DNA of 64,000 nucleotides from Lytechinus pictus (lineage: Eukaryota), in contig NC_087250.1 in the NCBI RefSeq assembly GCF_037042905.1, positions 4,962,001-5,026,000 of the forward strand, in the 5' to 3' direction. A model generated the notes under the pieces. That model searched no databases. It had not been told where the DNA came from and saw only the letters and a list, made by a program, of their open reading frames with translations. Both the position numbers and the translations under genes were made by a program. Below are positions 28,824-39,689 of the stretch, piece by piece. Numbering within the stretch: the stretch's first letter is position 1; each line of letters opens with the position of its first letter.

Positions 28824-30016
28824 ACTGTCATTGTACACAATGGGCTTTTCGCACGTGAATCTTGAATCATCATAGTATAAAATGAGAATTGCTATTGTAA
28901 TCGTGACTGTGATTAGCATTCGTGATTCCAATCATGTTCTACATGTAGTTTGGTTTCACACGTGCTACATGTAAATATTCGTTATTAAAAAAAATATTAG
29001 CCTTGTTTTTCACTGGAATCATCATTCAAATTTTATAATACAATTTTTTTTTACTGTGTGAAAGGGCGGCATGTCCAATGCAAAGTAATATACATGTACA
29101 CATCTACACATGTACATGTACAGGCCTATAGATACATGTACAGTAATGTTATGTACATGTACATGTACAATGTAGCTGTACAAGGAATGCCATTGTCACC
29201 TTTGGTTGGTACAAATTTACAGTAGGCTACCTGTACAGTATGCCTTCATGTACATGTACATGCCTTTCACCCCTTGATTTGGGACACAGAATGCAAAGTG
29301 CAAAAAGGCCTCGGTATTGTTTACTTTTCAGGTAGGCCTACATGTACATGTACATGTTATGTACATCTTGTCAATCATGGCCCTTATTGGGCTTTGCAAA
29401 CAGACAAAGGTTGTTTATTTATAAACGCTAGCAATGATACTCAATACATGGATAGCATACTCCCCCCCTTCACACATTTTCAGACAATCAGAAGCAAAAT
29501 TCATAATCAGTCTGAGTGTGTATGACCCTTGGAAGTTTGACATGGCTGAGCGCATCTATTGAAATGCATTGTAAAGGGGAGAAAAGAGTGAATAGTGACA
29601 CTTCACCTCATGCATATAAAAAGCGTTTCTCATTCACTCAAAAAAAGAGTGCTGTATACAACAACATCATATGCAGACCAGCATCACTGCCTGCCTACAC
29701 TGAGGTCTGGCCTACAACTACAGTGTACATATTTTATGTAGGCTGTAGTAGTTGGCTTTAATAATAATACATGCGTTGTTGTTCACCATTTGACTTTATA
29801 TTTGTGAGATACCATGTTGCTTTCTATGTGGGTCGTATAAAAAAAAAAAACATATTGGCCTACATGTACATGCAGGCTAGGCCTCTCTCCTTGTACTACA
29901 TAATTGTCTCCAATGTTATTGTTGATTTTTTAGTTTGATCTACATCCATGGTTTAATGTTGGTCTATGCACAGTTTGTATGTACATGTATGTGGGCCTGT
30001 AGGGCTGTATACATGT

Positions 30017-30590
30017 CCCGGGGGGGGGCCACTTCCATTGACGAGTGGATACCATGCGCGACCATGGGGTCTCGAAAAGCACCCTAAACACGTATTTTCC
30101 ATATTCTGAAAATGCACCCCCTTAACAAGTATTGGCGTCTGCAACCCTACCCTTAACGAGTATTGGAAACAAAACGATATTCTTGGCAAGTATTCCCTGA
30201 AATGAACCCCTAAACAGTACAGCAATATTTTATTGTTGTATCACGAGTCCTTCGTTCGTCGGTTTCACCTTTACATACCATTTGGTTTAGTACGACCCCA
30301 CCTTCCTCACCTCGCCCAAATTGGACTCTAAACACGTAGTGTTGGGGCAAAAAGGACATGTATCCTTAAAATATTTTAATTTAGTTTTATCATCTCCGCA
30401 AATTTAACCCTAAACACATATTTTTCCTAGCGAAATAGATACCCTTTTTTCCTTATTTTTGTGTTTTTGACACCCTTATCACGTTACGTACATGTACGTA
30501 ACGTGTCCTATCTTGAAAAAGACATCCTTTTTACATGTTTTTTTTTGGTCGCGCATGGTATCCACTCGTCAACGTAAGTGGCCCCCCGGG
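30017..30590. mobile_element. MITE with CCCGGG-G-run termini
   Basis: TIR cccggggg..ccactt.cattgacgagtggataccatgcgcgacca / tggtcgcgcatggtatccactcgtcaacg..agtggccccccggg. Both flanks carry ATACATG. Confidence 0.85.
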
Positions 30591-30833
30591 ATACATGAAG
30601 GCCTGCATAATGTACATGTTCATTAATACATGAAGATGATTGACAGAAACTGTCATCATGTTAACATTCAACATGACTACTACGTATACATGTACGTGTA
30701 CATGTAAAATAGGACAATACAAAAGCCCCTCTGAAAGTGAAACTCTGTTATTACCCCCAACTCTAACTGTAGTCTTAAATACTCTTCATTATTTTGTAGT
30801 TCCTGAATAGGAATTCTTCTATCATGACACAAA

Positions 30834-31311
30834 AGGTGGTTTCAAACCGCCTCGATCACAAGAATCCCCGTTAAATTACGAGAACTTTTTTAGGCTGAAA
30901 AATACCCATTAATTATTCCTGCATTCACACCGCCCTGAAACATACCCTTCGGGATAAGTTCCTGAAGTTACGAGCATGCGCAGTATGGTCTGATAAGCAG
31001 CAAGGCGCGAAATTCAAAATCAAAAGCCCAGCAGCAACCCATGCACGGCGCCGCACCCAACGACACGCTGGGCTAAAAGTTCCCGTAATTTGCTTTCAGA
31101 CCGCCAAAATACCCACGACCTTGGAAAAATCCCCGCGAAAGTTCTCGTAATTTCGCCAAGTACCTACTATTTATCGGGTATTTTCTTTCGGGGATATTAC
31201 GCGTAGTTTGCTTTCAGACCGCCAAAATACCTGGTATTTTCTGATCGGGGTAAATTTCCCGATCAGAGAATACCTGGAACTGGCGAACTTCGAGGCGGTC
31301 TGAAACCACCT
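30834..31311 (-). mobile_element. 478-bp Harbinger-like MITE, copy 2 in inverted orientation (TSD AAA)
   Basis: Near-exact reverse complement of 28346-28823, flanked aaa|aggtgg...ccacct|aaa. Confidence 0.9.
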
Positions 31312-32370
31312 AAAGAGATGATCATCCCACCCCCCCCTCACTCCCAAGTCAGGACATAAAAAAACACTGAACTCTAGTGTCTCGCCGCCCACAATGGGAG
31401 AATTCTTCTGCCATGACAGTTCAACCTGTCATCTCAATAAACAAAGCCTTGCAGGATTCATGCTTGTTCAAGCTCACGCCCACACAACATGAAGTGTAAA
31501 TTTCACAATTTTGGTTTATTAAAGAAGTGCTGTAGCCTTCATACTTGTACATGACTTGAAACAAATGTAAATTTCAGAATGTACATGTACATGTACATGT
31601 ACAGGTATATTGTAGTTTACACAAACATGTAATGTAAACGACAAATGTACATGTAGGCCTAAACATGCACTCAGGTACAGTACGTGTAAGTACTGTGAGT
31701 GTGCAGAGCATACCTGTAGGGACTCTCAGAAAATTGTGCTCATCTCTCCTGATAATTGAAATTTTCATTTAAAAATACGAAATCGGAGGAATTCACAACA
31801 ATAAACAGAAAAATATCAACTCTCAGCGTGGTGTTTAGGGGGAATGAAAACTGAAAGTTCTACTAGGCTTGGCACAGTAGGCAATAAATCCGTCAAAGAG
31901 AAAGAGGCCTGTTTACTTTTTGTCCTCAAAAAGGAGGAATTATTCATTAATTTTCCCCCCATGCTGTGTAAAGGTCAGTGAACAATATTCTGGATTAGGA
32001 ATCTGACCACAGCATTCTTTTTACTGTACACATTTAATTCATTTGGGACTCAATGTCATACATATTGTGATACTGAGGTCCTTTTTTCTCTAAATAGTAG
32101 AGAAATGCGCATATTAAAATGTTTGGAAAAAATAGAAATAAATGTAGGCCTACATTGTACATGTACATGTATGATGTATTTCATTACTTCAAAGAGAACC
32201 AACTGATTCAGGATTTGCAGTGTACTGCATGTACAGTACATGTATGTATTACTTATTAAAGATCCATCAAAATCATCAGGCCCTAGATGTAGCCAGGTTC
32301 ATGTTGTTTTAACTTTTAAATATGAAATTTCCCCTCTAATTCCCCTCCAGCCTACAGTAGGGCTATACAT

Positions 32371-32769
32371 GAAGAGCTTGATTCCAAAAGGTGCTAAATC
32401 CACTTTTGACCCAAATTGATTTTCTGACAGAAATATATATATGTATCTTAGACGTTGGAATCAAATGCAACATATCGCATTTGAAAAAAAATTGGAAAGG
32501 TTGGTATTAAAAATTGATTGCAAATTTGAGTTCTGCTCCAAAAGGAGCTAAATCCATGAAAAATAACATTTCAAAAATTCTTTACAAATTGATAATGAAT
32601 GCTAGATTTTTGAAATCATGATTTAAATATAATCTAAGATGATAGTACTATCATATTAATAGAACAGCAGTGGCTATTAAAAGGGAAAGTGGTGAATTAA
32701 GAAACCTGGATTTACAGAAAAACACCAAAAGTGGATCTACATGTAGCTCCTTTTGGAACAAAACTCTTC
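32371..32769. mobile_element. MITE with ~38-bp TIRs
   Basis: gaagagcttgattccaaaaggtgctaaatccacttttg / caaaagtggatc[tacatg]tagctccttttggaacaaaactcttc. Confidence 0.75.
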
Positions 32770-32925
32770 ACGTGTACACTATAGTGTACTTTCCCTCTGC
32801 AATAATGGCAATAAACATGTGAGGGACTTGCAGTCGTGCACGCTACCTTGCCTTTTTCTCTGATGACATTTTAAGTCCCATCTAGTTCCTTAATAGGAAA
32901 GGCCATTAGGCACAAACAACCCTTT

Positions 32926-33799
32926 AGGCGGTGCTGCACCATCCCGAGTTTGCTCAATCTCGAGATTTTAGCCCGATCAGCCCTCTTCGCGATTAATCTC
33001 GAGATTCAAGAAACCCCGTCTGCACCATCCCACGAAGAGCGATTCCTGCTCGAGCGAGGCAACAAGCCCGATATTACGAGCATGCGCACTTTCGGATCTT
33101 GGAGTTTCAACGGCCCGCGCTTTTGAATAACTTCCCGCGATATGCAAGCAATGTACTCCTTTCACTAGCACTTTCGCCGAATTCAACCGGTGTTATGCAA
33201 CAATCCTCTCAGCTCAGCGAGTGAAGAAGTGGTGTATTCTTCGTTAAATATGATGGCGGAGTAGGAGGCAACGACAGAGAGAGAGAGGGGGAGAGAAGGA
33301 GGAAAGAAATGCTATTTGCTCACATTTTGCGAAGGAAGACAACACTGCTGTCAGTGTTGTTATTGAATATGACCATCGTCGATGAGCGCCTCCCCCTTCG
33401 GTATGGTCTCTCCCAAAATCCATTCACTGGTGGGACACCATCGTTGCTTATGAACGCTATTCGCATGTATAAAGTTGACTTCCGCACGTGTTTATGTTTT
33501 GACCAAGGCGGAAGTGGAACGCGAATTGCATTATGGACTGACGTCATGAATAAATTACCCCGAGTCCAATCTCGAGTGCGTCTGCACCGACGAATTAGCG
33601 GGATAATTCGTAAAATAGCGCGCTATTTTGCAAATAAACCCGAGTTGACTTGGGATTGCAATCTCGAGATTAATCCTACGAACTAGCGCGATAATTGCGT
33701 CTGCACCGCCAACTATCTCGAGATTTTTCAGATCGGGATAATTTGCCGGATCAGAAATAGCGCGCTAATTTGAAAACTCGGGATGGTGCAGACGGCCCT
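32926..33799. mobile_element. 874-bp Harbinger-like non-autonomous element (TSD TTT)
   Basis: ttt|aggcggtgctgcacc ... ggtgcagacggccct|ttt. CpG-rich, which suggests a young insertion. Confidence 0.85.
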
Positions 33800-34145
33800 T
33801 TTTTCAGCAGAGACACAAACAACAAGATTAAGGCTTTAAGGGTACGAAAAATCAATAGGACCACAGGTTTCTCACTGACTCAATGGGGTCAATAAAAAAA
33901 AAGAAAGAAAGAAACAAGATTGTCTGTTTTCAAAAAAATGCTATCCTTGACTGAGCCCAATATCTGTGCACACAATAAAATGCATTTATTGCAGGCCTAC
34001 TGGTATCCATGTACATGTATATATGTAATGTCTGTAAAAAGGCACTTTATTGTGTACACATGTAGGTCTGTGTACATTATATGTAACATTATATGTAGGC
34101 CTACGTGTAGGCAAACAATATTACCAATTCATACAAAATTAGTGT

Positions 34146-34925
34146 AGGGACAGTGATTTTCCGTTTCTAAAAATTGCCTTTTCCGTTTCAGAAAATCTCC
34201 AATTCCGTTTCAGCATGTCTGAAAACGGAAATTCCGTTTCCCCATAGACTTTGTGTACATGAAAAAGTGACAATTCCGTTTACATAGAAAACCAATACGC
34301 AATGAGTAGCGCGATGTCAAAATGCTAGCGCTGGTCAAAATTTGCAGCCACCGATGTACTAAAATCGCTTTAAAATCCATTTTAATCGAAGAGATTCGAG
34401 CTAAAAAACTATTTAGAGAAACATAATCAACATTAATACATCCTCACCTTTCATATTATTAGCATTATTTTATGGTTACATGGGATTTTATTGCTGATTT
34501 GGGGACTTTTCGGACATCGTTTTGAGCAGTCGACGACTTCCGCTTATCCGCCATGTTGGATATGTTGAATCACCGTGATCATTGTATTATGACCGAACGC
34601 AGGGGGCAGCAACACACGGCCGTATTCTGCCTTATATGCGGACGTCAGTGTAAACTAATTTAGATACGATCGAGTGATGGAGGGGCTCGAGTGTAGTTAC
34701 GATGTGTTGATTGTCATGATTGTTGTTGCAAAGTGAGATCGTGTTTTTTTCAATTGATATTCGTATTTTGTTGAGGATTTGGGATTAATTTTTGTTGATA
34801 TTTTGTGCATTTTGAGAAAAAACAAGTTTTCCGTGATTTTCCGTTTGAAAAGCCATTTTCCGTTTCAAAAGGCCGATTCCGTGAATTCCGTCCGTTTTCC
34901 GCGATCGCGGAAAATCACTGTCCCT
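34146..34925. mobile_element. 780-bp hAT-like non-autonomous element (8-bp TSD ATTAGTGT)
   Basis: Perfect TIR agggacagtgattttccg, subterminal ttccgttt repeats, exact 8-bp TSD. Confidence 0.9.
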
Positions 34926-35292
34926 ATTAGTGTGTACCATACATGTAGATGTACATGTATATAATTTAGACCTTCATCAGGCCCAGATGTATTAAACTCA
35001 AAAGAGAAACAAAGATTAATAATGTAGGCCCATACATGCATAGCACATGTACATGTATGTACATGTACATACAGGCCTGTATGTACATGTACATGAGGCC
35101 TACATATTAATAACAGTCACATGCACGACTCTTTTTTATACCAAACCATACTACTGTACATTGTATAGGCCGATGTAGATCTGCATTCCTCATCCTGCAA
35201 CCGAAATACGAATCTACATGTACATATATATCCGACTACATCATACATGTAGACTTTCGTGATTTGAATTTTGAAGGATTGAGAAAACTTAC

Positions 35293-35427
35293 CTCACAGG
35301 CTAAAAAGAAATCTTCAAGATGTTTGCCGTCCTTTGGTAGAATGATCCTTCGATTGAAAATGTGGGAAAGAATCAAACAGGCAGTCTCCTTGCTGAAATT
35401 TCCAATTGAATCTTCAGTAGTGAAAGT
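35293..35427 (-). other. putative 5'UTR exon of the delta-catenin-like gene
   Basis: 135 bp with a strong acceptor (ttttttttccccttcactttgtaatacag), a consensus donor (GAG|gtaagt) and no ATG inside. Confidence 0.6.
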
Positions 35428-35959
35428 CTGTATTACAAAGTGAAGGGGAAAAAAAATGCTTTACATAACAATGCACGTGTACATCAAGTTGCTCTAATTT
35501 TAGGCCTTTTTTCTCAGACAAAGTGAAAATTTAAATTAACTTTTAATAGTTAAGCAACCTGATTATTGACCAATTACAATAGTGTGTACACCAATCTGAC
35601 ATCATCGGAATTCAACTTGTAAAAAGATGCACTTGTATGTCCCTTTCAATTCATGACAAAAATCAGAATTTATGAGGCATGGAATTTCAGAAGGCAGTGC
35701 AAGGTCAGAGGTCAAATTCACTTGACCCATATTCTTAAAGATATTGGGGCGATCTTTTGACACGATACTTCAAGGTATTTTGGCAGCCAGTTTGTTGGGC
35801 TCAAACCCCTCAGTTCTATAAACATACAGCTATTTGTAGAAGAGGACTGTATTTTGTGTAATTGAATCCCTTGACCTGCAAAATATCTATAGGCTACTGA
35901 AGGTGGAATCTCAACGCTTTCATAAGTACCTGATCCGTCACGAAAAAGCTGGCATTTAA

Positions 35960-36896
35960 GGACGTTCCACAGTTAAAGTGAAATCCATGTCATTTTCACC
36001 AAACTTTGCACATAGATAATTTAGAACCTTAATATTTGAAATATGCAAAAATTAACATAGGTCCATGTGCTTGATTTTTTGCTATAGAGCTTCAAAGTTC
36101 ACCCAAATTTATGTTCTTAGGAATTGCGCATTCAAAAGAATTTGGCATTTTTAGACCGCCCAAGATTACTACATTGAGTTTAAACCTGTATTACTCAGTC
36201 AAAATACATGAAAAAGTCATCAAATTTCGCGAGAGAGTTAATAATTGTATCGTTAGAATGGAGAATCTATTAATAGTGCTATTTGTTTGCAATTTTAAGT
36301 TTAACAGCACTGTCAGTTCTTAAAAATGGCGTAAAAGATAACAAAATCCCAATCTGAAAAATGTAAAATTTCAGTAACAAACTACAAACGTACAATAAAT
36401 GCTGCACTTTATTCAAAATCCATGTCATTTTCACCAAAATGTGCAGAGTTGTAGAGAAAGGTATATCTAAAAGGTACAAACATTAAAAAATAGGGGTTCA
36501 TGTGCTTGTTTTTAAACTATCAGCATTTTTATTAGAGCAAATGTGCTTTTTAAAAAACACCAAAAATGGGCCGAATGCTTAGTATCTATGTGAAGAAAAA
36601 ATCAAAACCACTCTACCATTTATTCAAACTCGGGCTAATATTCGTGATTCTTGGCAGCACTGCAGAGTAAAGTATTTTGAAATTGTAGAGAATATTTTTT
36701 TGAATGGTCCATGGAATAATTCAATTTTTTAGCTTCATGAAATAACGCATCGGATCTGCAGTTAAAGTGCAGAAGATGAGAAAAATCAGCTAATACCCGC
36801 AGCTAATTAATACCTGTTCATCCATTGTGACGTCAGCGCGCAGAGTGTAAACTATGCGCAGATCATAATGCGCACAAATATAACTGTGGAACGTCC
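35960..36896. mobile_element. 937-bp Kolobok-like element; a second TTAA-type fragment starts at 36901
   Basis: ttaa|ggacgttccacagtta ... taactgtggaacgtcc|ttaa, a perfect 16-bp TIR. Confidence 0.88.
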
Positions 36897-38337
36897 TTAA
36901 AGGGAAGTCTACCCTGACAAAATTTTTATTGTACAAATACATGTAGCAGAAAAGTAATACAAATCAGTCAAAGAATATGAAACTTTTTTTAATTATTTAA
37001 AAAGAAAGTCAAAGAGCTTTCTTTAGGTATGGGGACTTGAGGATTTCACTCTTGCTTCAGGAGTCACTTTAATCATATTAATGGACCCTATTATAAAAGT
37101 TATCAGTTCTAGTAGGATCCATAGTTTAATGTTTCAACTGTATGAAGGTGAAGATTGAATTCAACCAAGGGGTTATCATTCATTCAACCAATTGCAAGTT
37201 TGCTTCTTCTTTTTTTTTCTCAAAGAAATAACAGCAAATTCTAATAGGGAAGATTGGTGACAGTCTGAAAAAAATATACACACCACCCGCCTAAAAAAAA
37301 CAATACAAAAATAAACACATCATGTACATACTCATGTACATGTACTGTATGTACGTGTACATACAGTACATTTGTAAATGAAATACAAAGAAAAGACAAT
37401 TATGAAAGTTGTACTAGTAATTGAAATCAAAGAGACGTTTTGTAGGCTTTGCGAGTATGCCTATGGACATTTAAATGTTTACGTATAATGTCTATTAAAG
37501 CTATTTCAGTCCATTTCTACAGTATGTACATGTATGTTGTAGACTGTACATGTAGGCCTACTATCACTTCAGTTTTTAAACTGAAAATCTCAAACAGACG
37601 GGTCTGACAGCAGCTCAATTTCATTCTCCTCAAGACAGTGTTCTACAGGCTACTAGAGTGTCACCCAAAAATGTAGAGAATGTTTACTGCCTTTGTCAGT
37701 CATGGTTCATTCTCGTTTCAAAATGTCATGAGAATAACTGCAGACAACTTGAACAAATACATAGTGTATGAGAGAAAGACTCTTCCTATGTAGGTCTACA
37801 TTTACATGATGTACAATGCAGACATTACATGTGTAGGCCTATGATTTATACATGTGAAAAAAAAGAAGACGGGCTACATGTACATGTACATGTATGTATA
37901 AAGGGCAAGCGATAAGTCCCTAAATTTTTTTAAAAGCCTACATATAAATGAGAAATGAGCCACTGTCAAATAATATTTCTGCCCACACGTCATAGTGCAT
38001 TAAAATATCTGAACACAATAGACGGATTCAAAATGAATTCAATTTTTACACTGAAAATGTAGACTACATTGTACACTGTATGTACATGTACAATGTACCA
38101 GTAGATATCTACATGTACATGTGCAGGGTAGGACCCTACATGTACATGTACATGTAGGGTGTAGATTTAATACACAAACTTGCCCAGATTTGTCAAGAAA
38201 TTAGATTTCTTGAACTTGAAAGGAGACTAATTGAGACATTCCTGAGGCATGATCAATATGAAATGTAATCTACCCCATGGGACGTTTGAATTTATAGGCT
38301 TTGATTTAAGAGGTGTTTCAGAGAGCTAGACTAGATA

Positions 38338-39156
38338 TAGGGTGCATTTATCCGCCACTTTTTCACCCTAGAATCATGATCTGAATCATGATTCAAATCA
38401 TGATTCTGCAGAATCACGATTGCGTTTAGTCGAAATTGAATATAATCATGATTAGAATCACAAACATGAAACACGAAAAAAGGGGCGTTTGGAAAGACGT
38501 TTCTGCAGAATCACGTACGAAAATGTTCGAATAAACGATATCGTGATTTGAATCATGATTATATGACCTCACTGTGTCGGGCTACTTTCGGTTTGACTCT
38601 TGCCAAGCTCAAGTCTCTCTATATGCTCATTGTATGTACATGCTTACTCTGCATGCATTACTTGTCATGTTCAAGTTCTGTGTTGGTCATCGCATCGTCC
38701 ACTACTTTTAATTTTTTGGTCATGTCTTCAACTTCAAGTTCTAGTAAATGAATCAACTGGACAGACAATGATCTCAGTTGTTGTTGAGTATAGAGTGTCA
38801 ATATTAAATTGGATCTACGCTGAAATTCACTTCCGAACACCATTTTGGATAAACTAACAAGATGAATAGAAGCATATGGACCCTATATGATAGAAGTACA
38901 CAAAATTAGGTATAGACTGAATTCTGGAAGCAAAAGATTTTTCGAGAGCCGAAACACGTGCGAAAAACTTCCTCTGTCAAACTGCGCACTAGTGATGCGC
39001 ACTGGATTGGCCCGAATCTGAGGAGAAACAGCATTGGAATGAAGGTCGTCTAAACGCTGATTCTGTGATATCGTGATTCATGTTTGTGTTTTGAATCATG
39101 ATTCAAATCATGATTCAAATCATGATTCTGACTTGAGGTCGCATAAACGCAGCCAT
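38338..39156. mobile_element. probable non-autonomous DNA transposon with AATCATGATT subterminal repeats
   Basis: Imperfect TIR tagggtgcatttatccgcc / ggtcgcataaacgcagccata, with mirrored aatcatgattc clusters at both ends. Confidence 0.6.
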
Positions 39157-39689
39157 AGTCTACCCATGCAGACTCATTGTAAAACAAAATTTTATTAAAT
39201 AATAAAATTTGAATATTGATTGTAAATTATTATTTTATAATAACTACATGTATTTACAATCAATATTCAAATTTCAATATATAATTTTAATATATGAAAT
39301 GTTCTTCAATACGGCACTTCGTAACATAGCTCATCGAAGCTACGTCATATCGAAGCGGTTCAAGGGTCAAGCCTATTGTATTTGTGGTGTTTACGAATGG
39401 ATCGAGGGATCTACATGAGATTGGTCTGGTAAGAAACCTCTCATTTTTCATATTCATACTAACATATTTTTTACCCCTTCATTAGCATTAGGCGTATAAA
39501 AGTTTACAGATAAATAAAATCAAGAGAAACAAACCGATTTCACCCTCTAAATATGGATTCGTTAGGGAAATCCATCTGTGTTTTATACAAGTCTTGCTTA
39601 TTATTAAAAGCAATGTATGGGGACCATTTCAAGGCTCTGTGTTGTTAAAGTATATTAAAGTAAAAATATTCTAAAATACAGGGTGCATT

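Noticed and set aside
33309..33686. 125-aa ORF as a possible transposase
   Set aside because: Inside a non-autonomous element, runs into the subterminal repeats, and shows no DDE or Myb motif.
38658..38843. Coiled-coil-like 61-aa ORF as a host exon
   Set aside because: Lies within a probable non-autonomous transposon and has no convincing splice context.
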